From: Hyphomicrobium sp.
GTDB lineage: Bacteria > Pseudomonadota > Alphaproteobacteria > Rhizobiales > Hyphomicrobiaceae
Length of the DNA stretch: 64,000 nt
Direction: 5' to 3'
NCBI GenBank assembly: GCA_016716675.1
Contig: JADJVG010000008.1
Span: 123,134 to 187,133, forward strand
The notes under the pieces are model-generated. The model was not told the DNA's origin and made no database searches. It was given only the letters and a program-made list of their open reading frames with translations. The position numbers and the translations under genes are program-made. The number at the start of each line of letters is the position of its first letter. Positions within the stretch are counted from its first letter, which is position 1. Below are positions 51,625-60,910 of this stretch, piece by piece.

Positions 51625-52290
51625 TTACGCCGCCAGACGTTCGAGACCCGCCACATCGAGCACGCGCAAGCCTTCCGGCGTCGCCGAGATCAAACCTTGC
51701 GACGACAAACGAACCAGGGCTTGCGCCAGGGTGTCGATGCTCATGCCGAGCAACCCGGCGACGAAGCCAGACGTCATGTCATCGGTGATGAGCGGTTCGG
51801 CGGTGCTCGCGCTTTGCGATATGGCCAGCACGGCGGTCAGGTATCGCGCCACCTGCCGCTCGGGATCAAGTGTACGGGCAGCCATGGCACGGTCACGCAC
51901 ATAATCGAACTCGATGTCGCTGGCGCTCGCCACCTTCAATGCCAGGAGATCGTCGGCGGCGATCCGTTGATCGAGTTCGTCTTCATCGACGAGGCTGACG
52001 ACGCTATCAACCATGGCTTGTGCCGTGCTGACGTGGTTGGCCAGTGCGCCCAAACCGAGATAATCGCCGGCAAAGGCCAACGCGATGATGTCGTGGCTGC
52101 CGTCAACCGACAACACATAATGACAGATGGCGCCCTGTTCGACGCGGTAGACGCGGCGGGGCTCGCCAGCTTGAAATAGGCGTGTGCCCATCTCCACCGA
52201 TTGCAACGTCTGCGGCCGAGCTGAGGACGGCGCTGAGACCGAAATGTCTGCGGGCAATCCGGCGCGGTAATTTTGGCGAACCATCCCCAT
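51625..52290 (-). CDS. Crp/Fnr family transcriptional regulator (no FNR Cys cluster; FixK-like)
   Basis: LFQAGEP...VYRVEQGAI, FAGDYLGL, C-terminal HTH (VAGLLGMSIDTLAQAL..L...GLI). Confidence 0.85.
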   Translation of the reverse strand: MGMVRQNYRAGLPADISVSAPSSARPQTLQSVEMGTRLFQAGEPRRVYRVEQGAICHYVLSVDGSHDIIALAFAGDYLGLGALANHVSTAQAMVDSVVSLVDEDELDQRIAADDLLALKVASASDIEFDYVRDRAMAARTLDPERQVARYLTAVLAISQSASTAEPLITDDMTSGFVAGLLGMSIDTLAQALVRLSSQGLISATPEGLRVLDVAGLERLAA

Positions 52291-52540
52291 TACGCAATAC
52301 TCCTTGGCGGGCTCGGCATGTAAGAAACGTGTATGCCTCAATCAAGTCGCAATTGGTAATGGGATCAGTAGGTAACGCGGTTGTGTTCGATGAAAATATG
52401 AATAAAACGCCGCAGTATTCTAGCCCGTAGGCTCGCTCAGAAAACACCGGCCCGGATGACGCTTGGGTACCATCATCCGGGCCGGTGGCCGTAGCAATCG
52501 GAAGCACAACGATCGGCGGGCCGATCGCTGCATTGTGCGC

Positions 52541-55500
52541 TTAGTTCAGCGGAACGCGCAGCATCGCGCGGCCCGAGATGGCGTGGTATTCGTCGCTGGT
52601 GCCGACGCCGTCGTAACTGCCGGAGAGATCGAGGGCGATGCCGCTCGGCAAGCCCATTTTCAGACCGAGTTCGACGCGCCCGCGGGCGCCTTCCGGACCG
52701 GCTGCACTGTCATCGATCGCACCCAGTCCCGCAGCCGTCGTATCTCCCGCGAAGTTCCAGATGAGTTCCATGCCGGCACGCGGCTCGATGAACCCACCCT
52801 CGGCGTTGGTGAACGTGTAGCTGATTTCCGGACCAGCCTTCGCTTGGCCAAGAGTGCTGGTCACGCCGGGGATCAGCACGCCGAAGGTGTCATGATAAGC
52901 GTCTGACGCATCCTCGATGTAAGAGATCGACGCCGACGGATTGAAGCTCCACGGACCAAATTTCCAGCGCCCTGAGAGGGTCGATGACGCAAGCCAGCGC
53001 TCACTGTCGAAGTCATCTTCGTAGGTGAGGAACGGCGAGATCGTGTTGCTCGACGTGCCCCAGGCCGCGCGTGACTGCCAGAACACATTCTCCGACAGGC
53101 GAACCGTGGCGTAAGGACCGGCCATCCAGCCGTGGCCGGAGACGTCGGTGCTCAAGCTGTTGGAACGCTGCTCCATGCTGTCGAACTGCACGAACATGCC
53201 GACCAGGAGACTACGGTTCAGCACGTAATCGGCGCCAACCGTGACGAAGCCGAAGTGTCCGTCGAGATCGCTCGATTGCAGCGCGCTATCGTCAAAGCGC
53301 ACGTACTTGCCTTCGATCCAGATGTCGAACGGGTTGAACTGCGGTTGATTGGAGGAAGCAAAGCCCAACGACAAGCCGCCGGTTTTCCGCGCTTCTGCAT
53401 CCGCCGCGAAGCGATAGAAGTCACGCAGGCTGGTTCCGAAGCCAAGGCTCATCGGACCATCGTTGGACGCCGACATGCGCATCGGCAGGGCGAGGCCGGA
53501 GGATGTCTCCATGTCATCGTCCGCCGTGCTGACCGCGATGCCATCGAATGGATTGGATGGGTTGTTGAATGCACCAACACGCCCACCGCTGAAGCCGCGG
53601 CTACGTCCAGCAAAGGCAAACCGGGCCATGTCACCGGCACCCGGTCCGTCGCCCAGGCGCGATTCCGTGACGGCACCCAACGCCGAGCGGCCTGCACCAC
53701 CGGAAAATCCTGATACAAAATTTTCGCTGGTTTCCTCGCCGCCGGGGTTGCCGCCACTTGATTCAATGCTTGTTGCTTCTATGGCTGCATTTGAGATGGT
53801 GTCGGAGCGACCATCGCCACCGGCTTCCATCAGGCGATCAATCTGACGACCTCCGTCTGGACCGTTGCTCAGCATCTGGTTGTTGCGCGCCGACATGAAC
53901 GAGCCGATGGCCTGCGTGGTCTTGGCTGTCTGATCTTCCGTCGCCGTGGTTATGGCCTCGGACGTGGCGGAGGCAAATGTGCCGCCGCCTGAATATCTGG
54001 CTGTCACCACATGCGCGCCGGCGCTGGTGAACGCAGCCGTACACCCTGCAACGCCGCCCGACAGCGGAACCGCTGCGCACAGCGCGTTGCCGTCAGCGGT
54101 GAAGGTCACCGTTCCTGTCGGAACCAGCGCGATCCGCGAAGCAGCCGTGCGAACACTGCGCGTCGGTGGCGCTGCACTGCTCACTGTGGCCGTGTACGCA
54201 ACGGGCTCGCCGATGTGGCTGGACGACTGCGAAGCGGTGATCGTGATCGTTACCGCCGATTGCAGAATGGCGAACGTCTGCGTGACATTCGCGGCAGCAT
54301 TGTAGTTGGCATCACCGGCCTGCGATGCCGTGATCGAGCATGTGCCCGGCGCAACGACGGTCACCGTGTCTCCGTTCGTGCCGCCTGTCGTACACACGCC
54401 TGTCGTCGTCGAGGCGAACGTCACCGGATTGCCGGAAGCGCCGCCGGTTGCTCCGAGCGTGAAAGTGGCACCAAGTCTGAAGATCTGATCCGCGGGCTTG
54501 GCAAAGCTTATCGTCTGCGAGATTTTGCCGATGTTAAACGTTCGCGGCACGTCCGTTGCGGCCGCGTAGTTGGCATCGCCCGCCTGCGAGGCTGTGATCG
54601 AGCATGTGCCCGGCGCCACGAAGGTCACCGTTTCGCCATGGGTGCCGCCTGTCGTACACACGCCCGTCGTTGTCGAGGCGAACGTCACCGGATTGCCGGA
54701 AGCGCCGCCGGTCGCTGACATGGCGAGTGTGCCGCCTGTCGAATAGGTCTGGTCCGCAGGCTGTGTGAATGAGATCGTCTGCGTCGCTAGGCCGACGGTC
54801 ACGTCAACCGTATCGGTTGCCTCCAGGAAATCGGCATCCGCCGCTTTCGTCGCTGTCACCGTGCAGGTGCCGACGCCCGTGCCGGTCAGAGTGGTACCCG
54901 CGATCGAGCAGAACGAACCACCAGCAGTGACAGTGAAGCTCACCGCGCCCGTGCCCGAGCCGCCACTCGTCGAGAGCGCCGACGTCGCGTTGTAGCCGAT
55001 CGACGCTGGCGTGGCCGTGGCGATCAAGGTCGCTTGTGCACCCTGGCCCACGTTCACGGTGTAGGCTCCTGACCTCGTGAACGGCGCGCCTGTGCCGGTC
55101 GAGCCGGTATCGGTGGCTGTGATGGTGAAATTGAATGAGCCTGCCGCCGTTGGCGTTCCCGATACCGTACCGTTGCTCAAGGTCAATCCGGCCGGCAGTG
55201 CACCCGCGGTCACAGCGTAGGTGTACGGACCGGTACCGCCGCTGGCGGTGAAGCTCTGCGAGAATGCCGTGCCACTGGTGGCGGTGAACGTCGGGCCAGC
55301 GGGCGCGAGTGTCAACGTCGGTGCCGCAACCGTCAGCGAGAACGCCTGACCGACGGTGTAGGGGCCGTTGCCGGTGCTGCTGTCGGTTGCGGAGACGTTG
55401 AGAGTGAAGGAACCCGCCTGCGTCGGCGTGCCGGATATGGTGACGGTATTGGCCGTCGTGCCAGTGATCGACAGGCCGGCCGGCAGATTGGTGGCTTGAT

Positions 55501-58237
55501 AGCCGTTCCAGGGCTGCGCGCCGCCGTTGAAGGTGAAGGTCTGGGTGTACGGCGCCGCGACGCTTGAGGCGAAGCCACCAGAGGGCGTGATCGTGATCAC
55601 CGGATCGCTCACGGTAATCGAAACCGTCGCAGCCGCCGAAGTGCCGCTGTCGTTGGTCGCGGTATAAGTGAAACTATCCGGGCCGGCGTAACCGGTTGCC
55701 GGTTGGTAGGTGATCGTTGTGCCGCTGGCGGTTGCCGTGCCATGCGATGCCTGCGTGGCGACGGCAACCGAAGTCGCTGCGCCACCGGAAAGTGACAGAG
55801 GGACATTTGTGGCGGGAGCGTTGTAAGCCACCGTCAATGACGAATTGCCGGCTGTTGGCGGCGCCGCGATGACGGTGATCGAATAAGCTTGTGTCCTTAT
55901 GTAAGGCCCGGTGCCGGTACTGCTGTCGGTCGCTGTGATGGAGAAGTTGAACGTGCCTGCCGCGGCCGGTGTTCCGGTGATGGCACCGGTACTTGTGTTC
56001 AGCGTCAGGCCACTCGGCAGAGCGCCGGCAGTCACGGCGTAGCTGTAGGGTGAAGTGCCGCCCGAAGCGGCCGTGATCGACTCTGAGTAGGCCGAAGCTT
56101 CAGTCCCGCCCGCCAGCGTCTTGTTCGGTAGAACGATCGTCGGCTCCGACACGACCAAGGTATAGGCCCGGCTCCCAGCAAACGGACCCGGGAATGGACT
56201 GCTGTCGGTTGCGGTAACGGTGAAATTAAACGAGCCGCCCGCGGTCGGCGTACCGCTGAGCGCGCCGCTCTGGGCTAATGTCAGACCTGCTGGCAAGGCT
56301 CCCGCAGTGATCGCGAAAGTGTAAGGGCTGACGCCGCCACTGGCGGTGATGGTCTGGCTGTAGGCCACAGCCACCGTCGTATTCGGCAACGTTGCCGGGT
56401 TGACGGTCACGGGGACGTCGTCATTGCTGATCGTGCCCAAACCCTGATTGTCAGAGATTGTGGCGTTGGTCGCGCCGCTGAGGTTTGCGAAGAAGGTCTC
56501 GTTCGCTTCTGGCACGACTTCGCCGACCGCTGGCACGGTTATGGTGTTCGTGGTCTGGCCGGGCGTGAACGTCAGCGTGCCCGACGTGGAGGTGTAATCG
56601 GCCGGCTGCGTCGCGGTGCCGTCGGCCGTCGCGTAATTCACAGAGACGCTCTGGCCGCTGGCGGCGCTGAGGGTCACAGTGAATACCGCGTTCGTTGTGC
56701 CGCTATTGCCTTCGACAACAGTAACGTCGTTGATCGATAGACTGGGCAACGGATCGTCATTTGCGACCGTCCCCACGCCCTGGCCGTCGACAACGACGGC
56801 ATTGACCACATTAGTGACGTTGGCGAAGAAGGTCTCGGTGGGCTCGTTGAGCGTATCGCCGTTGACCAGCACGGTGAAGGTGTAGGTGCTGGAGCCGGCC
56901 GGGATGGTCTGGCCGGTGAGGCTGTTGGCGACGTAATCGACCCCCGCCGTGGCGGTGCCGTTGGCTGTCGTGATGTCGAAGGTGACGCCGCCGGGGCCAG
57001 CCGGAGCGGACAAACTCACGGTGAAGGTGAAATTGGTGATACCGGCGTTGCCTTCACTCGCGGTGACATCATTGATCGTCAAGTTCGGCAGGTCGTCGTT
57101 GAGGATGGTGCCGGTGGCGCTGTTGGGCACGCCGACTGTGTAGCCGGTGCCGGCAGCAAGAGTGAGGGTCACCGTTTCGTCACCCTCGATCGAGGCGTCG
57201 GCCGTCGGGTTGACGGTGATCGTGCCGGTGGTGGCGCCAGCCGCGATGACCAGCGGCGACGCGATCGTCGTGTGGTCGGTACCGTTGGTCGCGGTGCCGC
57301 CCACGGTGTAATTCACCGGCAGGGGAGAGAGTGGAGCTTGGTTGAGAGTGACCGTGTAGATGAGGTTTGTCGCGCCGTCTTCCGCGACGGATGCAGGCGA
57401 GACAGCGATGGTGGCAGTCGGCACGTCGTCATTGAGGATGGTGCCGGTGGCGCTGGTCGGAGACCCGACCGTGTAGCCGGTGCCGGCAGCAACCGTCAGT
57501 GTCACGGTTTCATCAGCTTCAACCGTGCCATCGACGCTCGGATTGATTGGGATAGTGGCGGTGGTGGCGCCAGCCGCGATGGTTACCGTTGCAACGTTGC
57601 CCGTGTAATCGGTGCCGGAGGTCGAAGTGCCCGTGGTGGTGATGTTGACCACCGTCTCCGACGCCAGATTGATGCTGCGGGTTACCGTGTAGGTGAGGTT
57701 GGTTGCACCATCTTCGCTGACACTGGCCGGCGAAACCGCGATGGAGACGGATGGCGTTGCATCAAACCCGCCGCCAGACACGGAGAAAGACGACGCACTG
57801 TCACCGCTCAAGTTGAACGTTATTGCGGATGTCGAAACCGTTTGGCCGTTGTTGTCCGTATAGCTGTAGGTCGCGGTGCAAGTTCCCGTGAAGCACGCTG
57901 CAAAGCCTACGTCAGCAAAGCAATCTCCTGTGCACGATGGAGTATTGGTTGAAGAACTCGAATTTACGTAGTGAGTAAAATCAATTTCCCCTGCAAATGG
58001 TTCAACCTTCAAACCGTTAGCGGGATTTGCGCCATTTAAGGTACAAGCTGGCGTAGCCGCATTGGCTGTAACCCAGATATTCGAACCCATAGCCGGACAA
58101 GACACTGCTGCCGATGCCGCGTGCGGCAGCGCCGTCATCGAAACCACAAGAGCAGCAAAGAGATAAATCCAGCGCGCAACAGCGCCGCCGCGAGCAAGCC
58201 TCGGCCGGTTGCCGTTGCCCCGGACTTTTAAAGACAT
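52541..58237 (-). CDS. Large autotransporter adhesin: Cys-rich tip, 4 Calx-beta, several putative-Ig domains, tandem 88-aa repeats, Ig-like domain, beta-barrel
   Basis: Signal WIYLFAALVVSMTALPHAASA; Calx-beta units ending GTILNDD; GALPAGLTL...GTPT Ig units; barrel ending MLRVPLN. Alternative starts at 58279 and 58345. Confidence 0.9.
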   Translation of the reverse strand: MSLKVRGNGNRPRLARGGAVARWIYLFAALVVSMTALPHAASAAVSCPAMGSNIWVTANAATPACTLNGANPANGLKVEPFAGEIDFTHYVNSSSSTNTPSCTGDCFADVGFAACFTGTCTATYSYTDNNGQTVSTSAITFNLSGDSASSFSVSGGGFDATPSVSIAVSPASVSEDGATNLTYTVTRSINLASETVVNITTTGTSTSGTDYTGNVATVTIAAGATTATIPINPSVDGTVEADETVTLTVAAGTGYTVGSPTSATGTILNDDVPTATIAVSPASVAEDGATNLIYTVTLNQAPLSPLPVNYTVGGTATNGTDHTTIASPLVIAAGATTGTITVNPTADASIEGDETVTLTLAAGTGYTVGVPNSATGTILNDDLPNLTINDVTASEGNAGITNFTFTVSLSAPAGPGGVTFDITTANGTATAGVDYVANSLTGQTIPAGSSTYTFTVLVNGDTLNEPTETFFANVTNVVNAVVVDGQGVGTVANDDPLPSLSINDVTVVEGNSGTTNAVFTVTLSAASGQSVSVNYATADGTATQPADYTSTSGTLTFTPGQTTNTITVPAVGEVVPEANETFFANLSGATNATISDNQGLGTISNDDVPVTVNPATLPNTTVAVAYSQTITASGGVSPYTFAITAGALPAGLTLAQSGALSGTPTAGGSFNFTVTATDSSPFPGPFAGSRAYTLVVSEPTIVLPNKTLAGGTEASAYSESITAASGGTSPYSYAVTAGALPSGLTLNTSTGAITGTPAAAGTFNFSITATDSSTGTGPYIRTQAYSITVIAAPPTAGNSSLTVAYNAPATNVPLSLSGGAATSVAVATQASHGTATASGTTITYQPATGYAGPDSFTYTATNDSGTSAAATVSITVSDPVITITPSGGFASSVAAPYTQTFTFNGGAQPWNGYQATNLPAGLSITGTTANTVTISGTPTQAGSFTLNVSATDSSTGNGPYTVGQAFSLTVAAPTLTLAPAGPTFTATSGTAFSQSFTASGGTGPYTYAVTAGALPAGLTLSNGTVSGTPTAAGSFNFTITATDTGSTGTGAPFTRSGAYTVNVGQGAQATLIATATPASIGYNATSALSTSGGSGTGAVSFTVTAGGSFCSIAGTTLTGTGVGTCTVTATKAADADFLEATDTVDVTVGLATQTISFTQPADQTYSTGGTLAMSATGGASGNPVTFASTTTGVCTTGGTHGETVTFVAPGTCSITASQAGDANYAAATDVPRTFNIGKISQTISFAKPADQIFRLGATFTLGATGGASGNPVTFASTTTGVCTTGGTNGDTVTVVAPGTCSITASQAGDANYNAAANVTQTFAILQSAVTITITASQSSSHIGEPVAYTATVSSAAPPTRSVRTAASRIALVPTGTVTFTADGNALCAAVPLSGGVAGCTAAFTSAGAHVVTARYSGGGTFASATSEAITTATEDQTAKTTQAIGSFMSARNNQMLSNGPDGGRQIDRLMEAGGDGRSDTISNAAIEATSIESSGGNPGGEETSENFVSGFSGGAGRSALGAVTESRLGDGPGAGDMARFAFAGRSRGFSGGRVGAFNNPSNPFDGIAVSTADDDMETSSGLALPMRMSASNDGPMSLGFGTSLRDFYRFAADAEARKTGGLSLGFASSNQPQFNPFDIWIEGKYVRFDDSALQSSDLDGHFGFVTVGADYVLNRSLLVGMFVQFDSMEQRSNSLSTDVSGHGWMAGPYATVRLSENVFWQSRAAWGTSSNTISPFLTYEDDFDSERWLASSTLSGRWKFGPWSFNPSASISYIEDASDAYHDTFGVLIPGVTSTLGQAKAGPEISYTFTNAEGGFIEPRAGMELIWNFAGDTTAAGLGAIDDSAAGPEGARGRVELGLKMGLPSGIALDLSGSYDGVGTSDEYHAISGRAMLRVPLN
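54302..54720 (-). repeat. Near-identical intragenic tandem duplication, 264 bp period
   Basis: GTAGTTGGCATC...GCGAACGTCACCGGATTGCCGGAAGCGCCGCCGG occurs starting at both 54302 and 54566. Confidence 0.9.
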
Positions 58238-58545
58238 CGCCGCCGAGAGGGTCGAGAGCCGCTGTGTTGTAAAAATCATTTTCCAGGTTCCCGCGTCGGC
58301 TGCTTTTCGCTTTTGCCGTGCCACCAAAAATTCAGGCGAACGCACTCAAAGTCTCGCGAACCCAAAGAATGAGCGTAGCCAATCGGCCACGCGTCACAAC
58401 GGGCACGCGAACGCGGAAAAAACGCAGCACATGCGCAGGACTTCAATGTTGTGAGAGGGGTTCAATTCGACAGCGGGCGCCAAAAAAACAAGCGCGCGCA
58501 GTGAAAACGCGATAATGGCCCCCAACGCCCCTGTGGCAACCAATA

Positions 58546-58595
58546 GTATGCAATTATTGTGATTGCAACCTATGGTGTATGAGCTGTATGCAATT
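58546..58595. promoter_or_regulatory. Candidate operator in the divergent adhesin/haoA intergenic region
   Basis: GTATGCAATT repeated at 58546 and 58586; the first copy is part of TGCAAT-N7-ATTGCA; AT-rich context. Confidence 0.4.
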
Positions 58596-59045
58596 TTAAA
58601 ACAGTGGCTTAGGCCGTTATACCTAGTCGAATCTACCTATGTGTCATTATTACACCACTTTGCTCCAGTCGAGGCCATGATCGGTTCTGTGGCGCTGATG
58701 GCGATGAGAGGTTTTCAACAAGTGCGTGCCCGCGGCGCCTGTTCGCTGCGTCTTCAGTTTGGCTGAGGGGTGGCGTGCGCTCGAATCTTTGCGGCTGAAA
58801 TGATTCGCGCGTACGCGCGCTTGCCGCCCGCACGTCCGCGGCTTGACGCCGTCACATGCTGAACAGTTCAATCGAAGCTCTTCCAAACACTGTTCACGCT
58901 GCGCCGCGCGGCATCCGATGATGACGGATGCTTCTGGTTCCATATCAAACGGCCCCAGTGGTGCTTTGCCGGGCAGCCCGGCAGCCTAATCATGTGAGCG
59001 TGGGTATTCCCCGGATTTCCATGATTCAGCGGTTGCTGGGAGGGA

Positions 59046-60776
59046 ATGATGAAACGCATATGGAATTTGCTTTCCGATGCCGTTGCAATGGTGGCCGCTA
59101 CGGCCTTGTCCGCCACGTTGCTGGCAGGACTTTCCATTGATACGGCGTATGGCGACGTGCCCGATGAAACGTATAAAGCGCTGGGCCTCGAAAAAACTGC
59201 GTCGCCAAAGGAACTCTATGACGCGCTGACAAAGCGCTACAACAGCACCGAGGAAGGTGCGGGGACGGGCTCGCTATCGAAATTCTGGGAGCCGATCCCG
59301 ATTTCCAAATACCTCAATCCGCGCGATTTCTACAAGCCGCCGGCCAACCCCGAAGTGGACGCCACGCGCGCCCAGTGCGTTGAGTGCCACACGACGATTT
59401 CGCCGGGTTGGGTCCATTCCTGGCAAAAGAGCGTGCACGGCAATCTCGATGAGATTCGCTCATTGCCGGATACCGATTCGCGTTCCTACAAAAAGGGGAT
59501 GATCACAGAAGTCGAGGGCAACCTGCGCTCGATGGGTCTTTTGAAAGAGGGCGATCCGCTCAAGGAAGTGGGGTGCATCGATTGCCACATTGGCGTCGGT
59601 AAGGATCACGGCGTGCATCAGACGGAATTGAAGATGCCGGATGCGGCCGCGTGTGGTCAGTGCCACGTCAAACAGTTCGCGGAGCGGGAATCCGAACGCG
59701 ATACGGTGACCTGGCCACAGGATCAGTGGCCGGCAGGGCGTCCGTCACATGCGCTTTCTTACAAAGCCAATGTTGAAACGGCGATCTGGGCGGCGATGGA
59801 GCAGCGCGAAGTCGCGGAAGGCTGCACATTCTGCCATACGGCGCAGAACACATGTAACAGTTGCCATACGCGCCATGAGTTCTCGGCTGTCGAAGCGCGT
59901 AAGCCTGAAACGTGCGCCATGTGCCACAACGGCGTCGATCACAATGAGTTCGAGGCCTACATGTACTCGAAGCATGGCACGATCTATCAAACGCGTGGCG
60001 ATACGTGGGATTGGAATGCCCAGCTTGCCGATGCCATCGGCAAGGGCGGCATGAACGCACCGACATGCCAATTCTGCCATATGGAATATCAAGGCAAGTT
60101 TGGCCACAACCTGGTGCGTAAAGTGCGCTGGGCCTTTGAACCGACGACCAAGATTGCAGACAACCTCAAGCATCCTTGGTTTGAAAGCCGCAAAGACGCT
60201 TGGGCCGGAACGTGCGCAAATTGCCACTCTGAACGGTTCGCGCGGGCCTATCTCGACTTCATCGACAAGGGCACCATCGACGGCATCAAGATCACCGAAG
60301 ATGCTAAGCTGGTGCTGACCAAGCTCTATGACGACGGATTGCTGCCTGGGCAGAAGACCAACCGTCCGAAGGTTCCGGAACCAGAGAAGGAAAATGGCCC
60401 CGGCAACTTCTTCAATCTGTTCTGGCAGAAGGGCAACAATCCAACTGTTGTCGAATACGAATTCGCCGAGATGTGGGAGCACCACAAGATCAAGCACTAC
60501 AAGGGGCTCGCACACGCAAATCCCGGTGGCTACACGTATACGGAAGGTTGGTCGCAACTCATCAAGAGCGCCGTGCGCATCAATGATGAGGATGCCAAAC
60601 TTCGCGACATGGCCGAAATCAAGGCCAAGGTCGAGGCTCTCAAGCCACCTCAGAAACGTGGCGACCTGCTGAACCTCGAAACGCCGACACAACGCGCGAT
60701 GCTCGGTGGGCTTGGTGGACTGCTTATGTTGCTCGGAATTGGTGCCTACGTGCGCAACAGGAACAGGCCCAATTAG
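59046..60776 (+). CDS. haoA: Octaheme hydroxylamine oxidoreductase HaoA (methanotroph type)
   Basis: Sec signal; 8 CxxCH motifs (CVECH, CIDCH, CGQCH, CTFCH, CNSCH, CAMCH, CQFCH, CANCH); CHNGVDH catalytic D/H; GLAHANPGGYTYTEGW cross-link Tyr motif; C-terminal TM anchor; GGAGG RBS. Confidence 0.92.
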   Translation: MMKRIWNLLSDAVAMVAATALSATLLAGLSIDTAYGDVPDETYKALGLEKTASPKELYDALTKRYNSTEEGAGTGSLSKFWEPIPISKYLNPRDFYKPPANPEVDATRAQCVECHTTISPGWVHSWQKSVHGNLDEIRSLPDTDSRSYKKGMITEVEGNLRSMGLLKEGDPLKEVGCIDCHIGVGKDHGVHQTELKMPDAAACGQCHVKQFAERESERDTVTWPQDQWPAGRPSHALSYKANVETAIWAAMEQREVAEGCTFCHTAQNTCNSCHTRHEFSAVEARKPETCAMCHNGVDHNEFEAYMYSKHGTIYQTRGDTWDWNAQLADAIGKGGMNAPTCQFCHMEYQGKFGHNLVRKVRWAFEPTTKIADNLKHPWFESRKDAWAGTCANCHSERFARAYLDFIDKGTIDGIKITEDAKLVLTKLYDDGLLPGQKTNRPKVPEPEKENGPGNFFNLFWQKGNNPTVVEYEFAEMWEHHKIKHYKGLAHANPGGYTYTEGWSQLIKSAVRINDEDAKLRDMAEIKAKVEALKPPQKRGDLLNLETPTQRAMLGGLGGLLMLLGIGAYVRNRNRPN

Positions 60777-60910
60777 CCGATGACCTCACAGGAATGACGA
60801 TCCGGGCAGCAGCCAGTTTGGCCGGCTGCCCGGTTCGATTTTTCCGGCCGGTGCTAAAGCACGTCACGAAAAACCAAATCACGGAAACCAGCTCAATGAT
60901 TGGTGGTTCG

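Noticed and set aside
51340-52540. FNR/FixK boxes around the Crp/Fnr gene
   Set aside because: Only half-sites found (e.g. ATCAA near 52341); no TTGAT-N4-ATCAA match.
37630-57770. CRISPR array or diversity-generating retroelement suggested by the repeats
   Set aside because: All repeats are in-frame protein repeats; no spacer-repeat periodicity, cas genes or reverse transcriptase seen.
58533-58553. Sigma-54 promoter (TGGCA...TGC)
   Set aside because: GG-to-GC spacing is 13 nt rather than the required 10.
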